Source: an uncultured virus (IMG/VR IMGVR_UViG_2634166398_000002) (taxonomy: Duplodnaviria > Heunggongvirae > Uroviricota > Caudoviricetes). Taken from it: a stretch of DNA of 20,000 nt. The translations under genes were made by a program, and so were the position numbers. Under the pieces are notes generated by a model. That model was not told where the DNA came from. It saw only the letters and a program-made list of their open reading frames with translations, and did no database searches. Below, piece by piece: positions 12,886 to 19,469 of the stretch (its first letter is position 1; every line of letters starts with the position of its first letter). The stretch lies in the IMG/VR virus record IMGVR_UViG_2634166398_000002. The stretch is one strand, 5' to 3'.

Positions 12886-15444
12886 ATGGGATTTAAATAT
12901 TACGACAAGAAAACAGAGCAGTATGTACCCATGTCGATTGAATTACTCAAATCTGATGGGGTATCGTTCACTGCTCCTGAAATCAAAAAAGCTTTTGATA
13001 CCGCTTCTCAAGACATTACAAACGTAATAAGTACAGTCAATTCTAGTTTATCAGATATCAAAAACACTATTGGAGACATTTCAAAAATCCCTGCATCCGG
13101 TGCAACAATTGTTGATAAAGTCTTAAATGAATTTATCAGACGAAGTGTCAATGTTCAGGATTTTGGAGCTAAGGGTGATGGTGTTACTGATGACACTGAA
13201 GCTTTCAAAGCTGCCTTTGCAAGTGGGAAACGAGAGGTTTTTGTACCTGCAGGTATTTATATGGTTCAAGGATTACATATCCCTTCTTATGTCAGACTTT
13301 ACGGTGTTGGATCAGGGTCTATTATCAAGCTTCACCCAACTGCCGCCGGAACATCTTGTGTGTTAACCAATAGCGACTACACAAACGGAAACGAATATAT
13401 CTTAATTGAAGACTTAGACCTCGATTGGAATTTAGACAAAAAGGATAATACCATTACAAACGGCACAAATGCAAACTGTGTGGGCATTGTTAACTCTAAA
13501 TTTGTTCGGGTTAGAAACGTCAATGCTCGAAATCCAGGTGTGCATGGTTTTGATGTAAGCTCCCCTGTTTGGAACTCTTCCTCTGATGGCGCAGATCATT
13601 ATCAGCCAAATGGTAGCAAATATGTTTGGATTGAAAATTGTACTGCAACTAATTATGGTGATGACGGCTTCACAACTCACTATTCTGACTACATCTTCTT
13701 CACTAACTGTTACGCCTATGACGCTAACGGATCTGCACACAGCAAAGGAGCTTCAAATTCAAACGGTTTTGAAATTGATGATGGCTCTAAAAATGTGTGG
13801 CTTGTGAACTGTTACAGCCGAAAAAACTGCAGAGGTTTTGAAGTCAAAGCTCACAACAGAGCACCAGCAGCAAGAAACGTAAACTTAATAAACTGCTATT
13901 CCGAAAATGATATCCGCGCTTTCGACTTTAGACATATTGGCTTCCACCTAGCCTCCGAAAAAATCTCCACAAGTGCATTTGACATTAATGTTGTTAACTG
14001 CACTGCACAACATCCTATTTTCAGTGACCTTTATCAAGGTTTAAATCCTCGCGCACTTGTTATTTCCGCTTATAGAAATGTCAACGTATCAAACTTCAAT
14101 GCAATCGGTGACCCGACATATGATTACAAGAATACTACAGTAATCTCTACTCAATATAAGAGCAGAAATATCAACCTAAGCAACATCACTGTTTCAGGGT
14201 TTACAACAGCTAGTAATGATATCTATGTAATCGGTGGAGCTCAAAAATCAGACAATGTAAACATCTCGAATGTAACTATTAACCAATCTGCACTAGTGGG
14301 TATTGCTGTGGGAAGTAAAGTTGGCTCAGTCAATATCAACAACGTTAACATGACGGGAACAAACAAAGCAGGTTCAATTGGTGTTTACTGCACGAATTCA
14401 CAAGCTAATATTAGCGCTGCGATGTGTGAACAATACTCTACTCCCAGTAAAATTGCCGGAAAAACCTACACTTTTATCCCAAATAATTTCAAAGGCGGCA
14501 CACGGATTGCGACGACTTCTGGCTATGCTAAAACGAATACTAGCGTCGTAATGGCATCTTCAGGTGGCGGACAAGCAACTGGCGATGCTTCTGCTGTTAT
14601 TGCAACAACTGGCGGTTCTAAAGCAGAAGGGCCACGTAATGCAGTTATTGCTTCCTCTGGTGGATCTAAAACAACAGCTGAAGGAAGTCGTTCATTGGTT
14701 GTTGCATCAAATAATTCTTCCATTGAAGGATCAGGATCTTCTAGGGTTGTTATTGGATCACAATCTGTAGTAAACAGAAAAGGGTATACCACTATATGGG
14801 GATATGGAACATCAGATACCCCTTCCATCTCGAACATTAAGATAGAACATGATGCGATGAGAGGAAATATTGCCTTAACCGGTCAGGTTAAAGGCGCTTC
14901 AACATTTGCTGACTATGCGGAGTATTTCGAATCTGCAGATGGAAGAGCAATTCCTACCGGATATATGGTCACACTTGATGGGGACAAAATTAAGAAAGCG
15001 AATCTCGGTGACAAGGTATTAGGAGTTATATCTGAAACAGCTGGTATTGTGCTCGGAGAGTCTTTGTTTAATTGGCAAGGAAGATACCTCAAAAATGAAT
15101 TCGGCGGTCTTATTTATGAAGATACGGATGTAACATTTGTGGATTCGGAAGGTATACAAAGAACAGAAATAAGAAGGTTACCAAAAGAAAACCCCAACTT
15201 CAACGCCAATGAAGAATATGTTCCACGATCTGAGCGTCCTGAATGGAATATTGTCGGTATGTTTGGACAGATATTCGTTCGCATTGATGAAACAGTTCAA
15301 AACGGCGACAGAATTGTACCTAAAGCCGGAAAAGGATCAAAATCCTCTGATGCTTCAGGTTATCCGGTAATGAAAATAACTACACCTTATACAAAGGAAA
15401 GAGGATATGGTGTCGCTGTCTGCTTAATAACACCCACAGTTTAA
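12886..15444 (+). CDS. phi29 gp12-like appendage/tailspike (pectin-lyase beta-helix plus peptidase G2 autocleaving chaperone), at the yomE position
   Basis: 852 aa, RBS GGAGG. The beta-helix starts at VNVQDFGAKGDGVTDDTEAF. gp12-like motifs are GDDGFTTH, NGFEIDDGS, EVKAH..APAA and FRHIG. The chaperone domain has DYAEYFES, GVISETAG..LGES.F.WQG..LKNEFGG and ITTPYTKERGYGVA. Confidence 0.88.
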   Translation: MGFKYYDKKTEQYVPMSIELLKSDGVSFTAPEIKKAFDTASQDITNVISTVNSSLSDIKNTIGDISKIPASGATIVDKVLNEFIRRSVNVQDFGAKGDGVTDDTEAFKAAFASGKREVFVPAGIYMVQGLHIPSYVRLYGVGSGSIIKLHPTAAGTSCVLTNSDYTNGNEYILIEDLDLDWNLDKKDNTITNGTNANCVGIVNSKFVRVRNVNARNPGVHGFDVSSPVWNSSSDGADHYQPNGSKYVWIENCTATNYGDDGFTTHYSDYIFFTNCYAYDANGSAHSKGASNSNGFEIDDGSKNVWLVNCYSRKNCRGFEVKAHNRAPAARNVNLINCYSENDIRAFDFRHIGFHLASEKISTSAFDINVVNCTAQHPIFSDLYQGLNPRALVISAYRNVNVSNFNAIGDPTYDYKNTTVISTQYKSRNINLSNITVSGFTTASNDIYVIGGAQKSDNVNISNVTINQSALVGIAVGSKVGSVNINNVNMTGTNKAGSIGVYCTNSQANISAAMCEQYSTPSKIAGKTYTFIPNNFKGGTRIATTSGYAKTNTSVVMASSGGGQATGDASAVIATTGGSKAEGPRNAVIASSGGSKTTAEGSRSLVVASNNSSIEGSGSSRVVIGSQSVVNRKGYTTIWGYGTSDTPSISNIKIEHDAMRGNIALTGQVKGASTFADYAEYFESADGRAIPTGYMVTLDGDKIKKANLGDKVLGVISETAGIVLGESLFNWQGRYLKNEFGGLIYEDTDVTFVDSEGIQRTEIRRLPKENPNFNANEEYVPRSERPEWNIVGMFGQIFVRIDETVQNGDRIVPKAGKGSKSSDASGYPVMKITTPYTKERGYGVAVCLITPTV

Positions 15445-15458
15445 TTTAGTGTCCTCTT

Positions 15459-15480
15459 AAAGGAGGTGGTTATGTTCTAG
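15459..15480 (+). other. Perfect Shine-Dalgarno followed by a two-codon minigene (Met-Phe-stop)
   Basis: AAAGGAGGTGGTT-ATG-TTC-TAG (ATG at 15472-15474, TAG at 15478-15480). No longer ORF uses this RBS. Confidence 0.45.
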
Positions 15481-15546
15481 TTAAAATATAAATTTTATTC
15501 AATTTACAGCATTCAAAAACAGAGATAACAAGAGCATACGTGAGAT

Positions 15547-15583
15547 AAAGAGAGATTGGAATTTACCCCCTTCTCTCTTTTTT
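15547..15583 (+). terminator. Intrinsic terminator upstream of the endolysin
   Basis: AAAGAGAGA (15547-15555) pairs with TCTCTCTTT (15572-15580), followed by Ts. Confidence 0.6.
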
Positions 15584-15618
15584 GTGCTCAAATTTAATTT
15601 TTAGGAGAGATGCTCAAT

Positions 15619-16662
15619 ATGACAATTGCAGTGAAAAAGAGATTAGTTCTAAGTGAAAAATACGCCCTGAAATGTCCGAACCCAATGACACCGGAGTATA
15701 TCACTATTCATAACACAGCAAACGACGCATCAGCCGCCAATGAAATCAGTTATATGACGGGAAACAGCGAATCGACAAGCTATCACTTTGCCATCGATGA
15801 TAAAGAAGTCATTCAGGGGATTCCGCTGGATCGGAACGCTTGGCACTCTGGCGATGGAAGGAATGGAACCGGTAACCGTAAGTCTATCGCAGTAGAAATC
15901 TGCTACAGTAAGTCAGGTGGCGCGCGGTACCGCGCAGCAGAAGCGCTGGCTATCAAGTTTGTGGCGCAGCTTCTCAAAGAGCGCGGATGGGGCGTTGACA
16001 AAATCAGAAAGCATCAGGACTGGAACGGAAAATACTGTCCGCATCGTATTCTGTCTGAGGGACGTTGGGATCAAGTGAAAGCGGCCATTGCTGCAGAATT
16101 AAAAGTACTCGGCGGAAAAACTTCTTCCTCATCTTCAAAGCCAACAAAAGTCGTTAAAACAAATGGCTCTTATGTTAAGAACACAGTTATCGCAGACAGT
16201 CTTAATGTGAGAACTCAGCGCAATGCGAACTCCTCTATTGTACTTGCCCTTCCTAAAGGCTCCACTGTCCAATACCAAAAAGGATCAACTCAAAATGGTT
16301 GGGGTTATATCAAATATACAAACTCCAAAGGTGCTACATACAGCGGATATGTAAATGTGAAATACATTAAAAGTGATGCTGAGCTTGGAAAATCAACCCC
16401 AAAGCCTAAACCCACTTCTAAGCCTGATAACAGTGGAATCAAATCTGTAGGCAAGATTAAAGTTGTCGGAGTAAAAAGCGCTGCTATCGTAATGGACAGA
16501 CCTGATAAAAACAAAGCGAAGAATCTCGGCACTGTGGAGCTAGGTGATACCGTCAGCATTTCTGGCTCAGTGAAAGGGTCAAACAATGCTAAGGGTTACT
16601 GGGAAGTTATCTACAAAGGTAAACGCGGCTACATTTCAGGACAATTTGGCTCAAAAATCTAA
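15619..16662 (+). CDS. Endolysin: N-acetylmuramoyl-L-alanine amidase (Amidase_2, CwlA-type) with two SH3-like cell-wall-binding domains, at the blyA position
   Basis: ATG at 15619 is properly spaced from AGGAGA. Zn-amidase motifs are ITIHNTAN, SYHFAIDD, AWHSGDG and KHQDWNGKYCP. An SH3b domain follows (SLNVRT...LPKGSTV...GWGYI...SGYVN..YI). The last domain (IKSVGKIKVVGV...GYISGQFGSKI) resembles the C-terminus of SPbeta BlyA as recalled. Confidence 0.92.
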   Translation: MTIAVKKRLVLSEKYALKCPNPMTPEYITIHNTANDASAANEISYMTGNSESTSYHFAIDDKEVIQGIPLDRNAWHSGDGRNGTGNRKSIAVEICYSKSGGARYRAAEALAIKFVAQLLKERGWGVDKIRKHQDWNGKYCPHRILSEGRWDQVKAAIAAELKVLGGKTSSSSSKPTKVVKTNGSYVKNTVIADSLNVRTQRNANSSIVLALPKGSTVQYQKGSTQNGWGYIKYTNSKGATYSGYVNVKYIKSDAELGKSTPKPKPTSKPDNSGIKSVGKIKVVGVKSAAIVMDRPDKNKAKNLGTVELGDTVSISGSVKGSNNAKGYWEVIYKGKRGYISGQFGSKI

Positions 16663-16717
16663 ATATATTTAAATATCTTTGAGGATGATTGTAGCTCAAA
16701 GTGTATCAATGATTATT

Positions 16718-16750
16718 TAGGAGGTGATGTGACATTACCTCCTATTTTTT
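16718..16750 (+). terminator. Terminator-like hairpin that sequesters a perfect Shine-Dalgarno
   Basis: TAGGAGGTGATG-TGA-CATTACCTCCTA (12-bp stem, one G.U) followed by TTTTTT. Confidence 0.7.
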
Positions 16751-16768
16751 ATGGAGGATGATTGCATT

Positions 16769-17140
16769 GTGGCTGAAAAAGAAAACTATGAAGTTTTAAA
16801 GACTGAGGTTGCTCATATAAAAGAACGTCTTAAAGAACAAGCAGAAGATAGAAAAATCATGTTGGAAACACAAAAAACAACAAGTGAATCACTTATTAGA
16901 CTTACCACTGTTGTTGAGAACCAAGAAAAAAACCTTGTTGAAACAAAAAATTTGTTCACCACTGAGATAGCTGGACTAAGAAATGAATTTCAGCAAGTTA
17001 ATCAGTCGCAAACAAAGTGGCTTCAAAACTTATTAGAAGGAACATTTGGCAAGACATTAAAGATTTTAGTTTTAATTATCCTCATACTACTTGGTGCAGA
17101 GATCGCTGGTGTTGATATCACCAAATTAGCTAATTTATAA
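16769..17140 (+). CDS. XhlA-like lysis-associated membrane protein (coiled coil plus C-terminal TM helix)
   Basis: Likely GTG start at 16769 after GGAGG (16753-16757), giving about 123 aa. A hydrophilic coiled coil is followed by one hydrophobic helix (ILVLIILILLGAEIAGV). It lies between the endolysin and the holin. Confidence 0.65.
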   Translation: MAEKENYEVLKTEVAHIKERLKEQAEDRKIMLETQKTTSESLIRLTTVVENQEKNLVETKNLFTTEIAGLRNEFQQVNQSQTKWLQNLLEGTFGKTLKILVLIILILLGAEIAGVDITKLANL

Positions 17141-17152
17141 GGAGACGATTTA

Positions 17153-17404
17153 ATGACTAAAATTAACTGGAAAGTAAGACTAAAAAAGAAAACATTCCTG
17201 GTTGCAATCTTCTCTGCAACTCTTTTGTTTGCACAAGCAATTGCATCAGCTTTTGGATACGATATTTCTGTGTTTAGTGATGATCTCACTGAGAAATTTA
17301 ATGCACTGCTGACATTTTTAACTGCCATGGGAATTGTAGTGGATCCAACCACTACAGGTATCTCAGATAGTGATCAAGCAATGGAATACACAGAACCAAA
17401 ATAA
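17153..17404 (+). CDS. Holin, phiLC3 family
   Basis: 83 aa, RBS AAGGAG. Family signature INWKVRLK.K.F and GIVVDPTT.GISDS..A..Y..PK, with two TM helices. Confidence 0.9.
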   Translation: MTKINWKVRLKKKTFLVAIFSATLLFAQAIASAFGYDISVFSDDLTEKFNALLTFLTAMGIVVDPTTTGISDSDQAMEYTEPK

Positions 17405-17407
17405 CTC

Positions 17408-17431
17408 GGGGGAGTTCATCCCCCCTTTTTT
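17408..17431 (+). terminator. Intrinsic terminator after the holin
   Basis: GGGGGA-GTTCA-TCCCCC followed by CTTTTTT. Confidence 0.75.
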
Positions 17432-17455
17432 CATTTTTAATTAAGAAAGGAATGA

Positions 17456-17746
17456 TTGTTGGTCATGCAAATAGGATCTGGATATATCGGGAGTCCAATG
17501 CTTGAGAAGTCAGAATCTAACCATGAAGTGATCCCTTCCCCACCTGCAACCTGGACGATTAAATATTCTTTCTATAAATTCAGCTTTTCGAATGATCAGG
17601 AATGCCACGTATCAATCAATGGTGGTGATCCTATCTATTTAAGAGCTGGACAAGGCTTTCAAATGGACGCTCATGATTCACCTATCACAAGCTTCAAAAT
17701 TTCTGAGTCAGGAATAACATATAATTTTTTGGGGGCGCATAAATGA
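17456..17746 (+). CDS. Small hypothetical, probably beta-rich protein (start uncertain: 17456, 17459 or 17465)
   Basis: RBS GAAAGGA, 93-96 aa. The stop overlaps the next start (ATGA at 17743-17746), implying translational coupling. Confidence 0.7.
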   Translation: MLVMQIGSGYIGSPMLEKSESNHEVIPSPPATWTIKYSFYKFSFSNDQECHVSINGGDPIYLRAGQGFQMDAHDSPITSFKISESGITYNFLGAHK

Positions 17747-18021
17747 GTTTCTTCAATCCAATGGTTAATGTCTCAATTGTCACTGGGAAGTCTGCTTATG
17801 ATATTGCAGTAGACAATGGTTTTTCAGGAACTGTAGAGGAATGGTTAGCTTCATTAAAAGGTGAAAAAGGCGATACTGGAGCTACTGGTGCAACCGGGGT
17901 TAAAGGTGCTACTGGTGCTGCCGGTAAAGATGGAAAATCAGCATATGAATTAGCCGTTCAACAAGGTTTCTCAGGAACATTGGATGAGTGGCTTGCCTCA
18001 CTGAAAGCAACAGCAAACTGA
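17743..18021 (+). CDS. Mini collagen-like protein with a duplicated KSAY...GFSGT..EWLASLK motif
   Basis: 92 aa. The motif GKSAYDIAVDNGFSGTVEEWLASLK is followed by nine Gly-X-Y triplets (GEK GDT GAT GAT GVK GAT GAA GKD GKS), which run into a second copy, GKSAYELAVQQGFSGTLDEWLASLK. Confidence 0.8.
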   Translation: MSFFNPMVNVSIVTGKSAYDIAVDNGFSGTVEEWLASLKGEKGDTGATGATGVKGATGAAGKDGKSAYELAVQQGFSGTLDEWLASLKATAN

Positions 18022-18026
18022 TAACG

Positions 18027-18057
18027 TACCCTTCTCTAACGAGGAGGGTATTTTTTT
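18027..18057 (+). terminator. Intrinsic terminator
   Basis: TACCCTTCTC-TAAC-GAGGAGGGTA followed by TTTTTTT. Confidence 0.8.
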
Positions 18058-18139
18058 CGTTTCGGTCATAAACAAATTATTGATTTGTTTTTAATTTTCA
18101 CTCAAATCCCCTTTACATTTCTTTCCTCTAATGCAACTA

Positions 18140-18164
18140 TATAATAAAATGGATATGAAAGGGG
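18140..18164 (+). promoter_or_regulatory. Putative SigA -10 element and RBS of rap
   Basis: TATAAT at 18140-18145 and RBS AAAGGGG at 18158-18164. There is no well-spaced -35 (TTTACA at 18112-18117 is 22 bp away). Confidence 0.4.
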
Positions 18165-18172
18165 TTTAGGAC

Positions 18173-19333
18173 TTGAAGAGTGAAAAAGTCATTCCTTATG
18201 ATTTAGTAGCAACAAAGATGAATCATTGGTATGTGGCTATTAAAAAGAATTGGGTCGGTAGAGCAGAAGAAATGCGTAAAGAAGTTATGCAGGAAATAAA
18301 AGTTATGGAAGAAAATCAAGATGTTTTACTATACTACTCCCTACTTGAGTTTAGACATAAGCTAATGTTGGCATATATGTATCCTAACGCTATAAAAGAT
18401 ATTGAGAAAAATTATGGCGAGCTAAAAGAATATGAAGGTCATGGAAATTTAACAGGAATGCTGGAATATTACTATTACTTTTTCATGGGCATGTTCTATT
18501 TCAGACAAAAAGAGTTAACATTCTCCCTTAATTACTATAGACAAGCTGAGAGGTATTTGGATTCAATCGAGAGTGGAGATATTGAAGTTGAAAAAGCTGA
18601 ATTTTATTTTAAATTGTCAGAAGTGTATTACCACATGAAACAGACTTATTTTTCAATGAATTATGCCATGAGGGCTTACGATATATTTAAAAAACAACCT
18701 GCTATTGACGGGAACCCTACATACGGGGTACAAAAGGTGCGCTGTCAATTCGTCATATTTGGTAATTTGCTGGACAGTATGAAGTTTGATGAAGCTTTAA
18801 AGCAAGCATACAAAGCGTATCAGGAGGCAGTAGAGCTAAACAAAAGTGAAAAGAATCGTGGGCATTTGATGCGTTCAGCACTGTTTAATATTGGATTGTG
18901 TTATAATCAAATGGAAGAACTTGATAAAGCATTTTTTCACTTTAATAAGTCACTTCAAATCATTGAGCCGGAAAATCATGATTACGCTGCTAAGACATTA
19001 TTTGTTATCTCCTTCTTAAAGGGAAGGCAAAATGACGTTGAAAACGCAAAAAAATTTTATGAACAGGCCAAACAGCTGGCTGAACGGCATAACAATGAAA
19101 TGGTACTTGAAAAGTTAAAAATGGTTAAAGGACTTTTCTTGGACTATGATTTAGACTTAGTTAGGAAAACATTCGAGTTCTTCAAAGAAAGAGGTATATA
19201 CCCTGACATGGAAAGTTATGGTGTCTCTGTAGCAGATTTTCTCACTGGAAAACAGGATGCTTGGGGTGCAGTTGAATTTTATCGTTTGGCAAATGAAGCA
19301 AGAAGACAAATCAAAAGGGGAGAAGCAATATGA
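18173..19333 (+). CDS. rap: Rap-family TPR response-regulator aspartate phosphatase / peptide receptor, RapI-like
   Basis: 386 aa, TTG start. Rap signatures are IPYDLVA.KMN.WY..IK, MEENQDVLLYYSLLEFRH..ML (catalytic-position Gln49 present), LTGMLEYYYYFF.GM, EKAEFYFK...YYHMKQTYFSMNYA and C-terminal ARRQIKRGE. Confidence 0.93.
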   Translation: MKSEKVIPYDLVATKMNHWYVAIKKNWVGRAEEMRKEVMQEIKVMEENQDVLLYYSLLEFRHKLMLAYMYPNAIKDIEKNYGELKEYEGHGNLTGMLEYYYYFFMGMFYFRQKELTFSLNYYRQAERYLDSIESGDIEVEKAEFYFKLSEVYYHMKQTYFSMNYAMRAYDIFKKQPAIDGNPTYGVQKVRCQFVIFGNLLDSMKFDEALKQAYKAYQEAVELNKSEKNRGHLMRSALFNIGLCYNQMEELDKAFFHFNKSLQIIEPENHDYAAKTLFVISFLKGRQNDVENAKKFYEQAKQLAERHNNEMVLEKLKMVKGLFLDYDLDLVRKTFEFFKERGIYPDMESYGVSVADFLTGKQDAWGAVEFYRLANEARRQIKRGEAI

Positions 19334-19449
19334 AAACTAAACTATTTATCTGTGCAGTTCTATTATTCGGCGTTGCCGGAACATTGGGTGCTTCCTATCT
19401 CCAACAACAAAATGATACGTTCAAGGTTGCTGAAAGAGCCGAAACGTAA
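19330..19449 (+). CDS. phr: Phr-family secreted signalling propeptide (39 aa; predicted mature peptide ERAET or AERAET); absent from the supplied ORF track
   Basis: Hand-translated as MKTKLFICAVLLFGVAGTLGASYLQQQNDTFKVAERAET*. The ATG overlaps the rap stop (ATGA) and follows RBS AAAGGGGAG. It has a basic N-terminus, a hydrophobic signal region and a C-terminal pentapeptide with Arg at position 2, preceded by Val-Ala. Confidence 0.9.
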   Translation: MKTKLFICAVLLFGVAGTLGASYLQQQNDTFKVAERAET

Positions 19450-19469
19450 AAAACTAATAACTTTGTAAG

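Noticed and set aside
14520..14770. Imperfect repeats (GTTATTGC.../GGxxxTCTAAA...GAAGG) as a possible CRISPR- or DGR-like array
   Set aside because: They are in-frame degenerate repeats encoding the small-residue repeats of the gp12-like spike. There are no constant repeats with unique spacers and no reverse transcriptase in the window.
15610..15618. ATG at 15610 as the endolysin start
   Set aside because: It abuts the AGGAGA RBS. ATG at 15619 has workable spacing and matches the CwlA-like N-terminus.
16305..17352. Antisense ORFs 16305..16586 and 17023..17352 as possible antiholin or regulator genes
   Set aside because: No family motifs or expression signals were recognised, and they overlap clearly assigned lysis genes.
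18173..19449. Interpretation as an arbitrium AimR/AimP system
   Set aside because: The receptor has the Rap N-terminal three-helix-bundle motifs rather than an HTH domain. The peptide follows the Phr x-R-x-x-x pattern rather than the SAIRGA/GMPRGA type.
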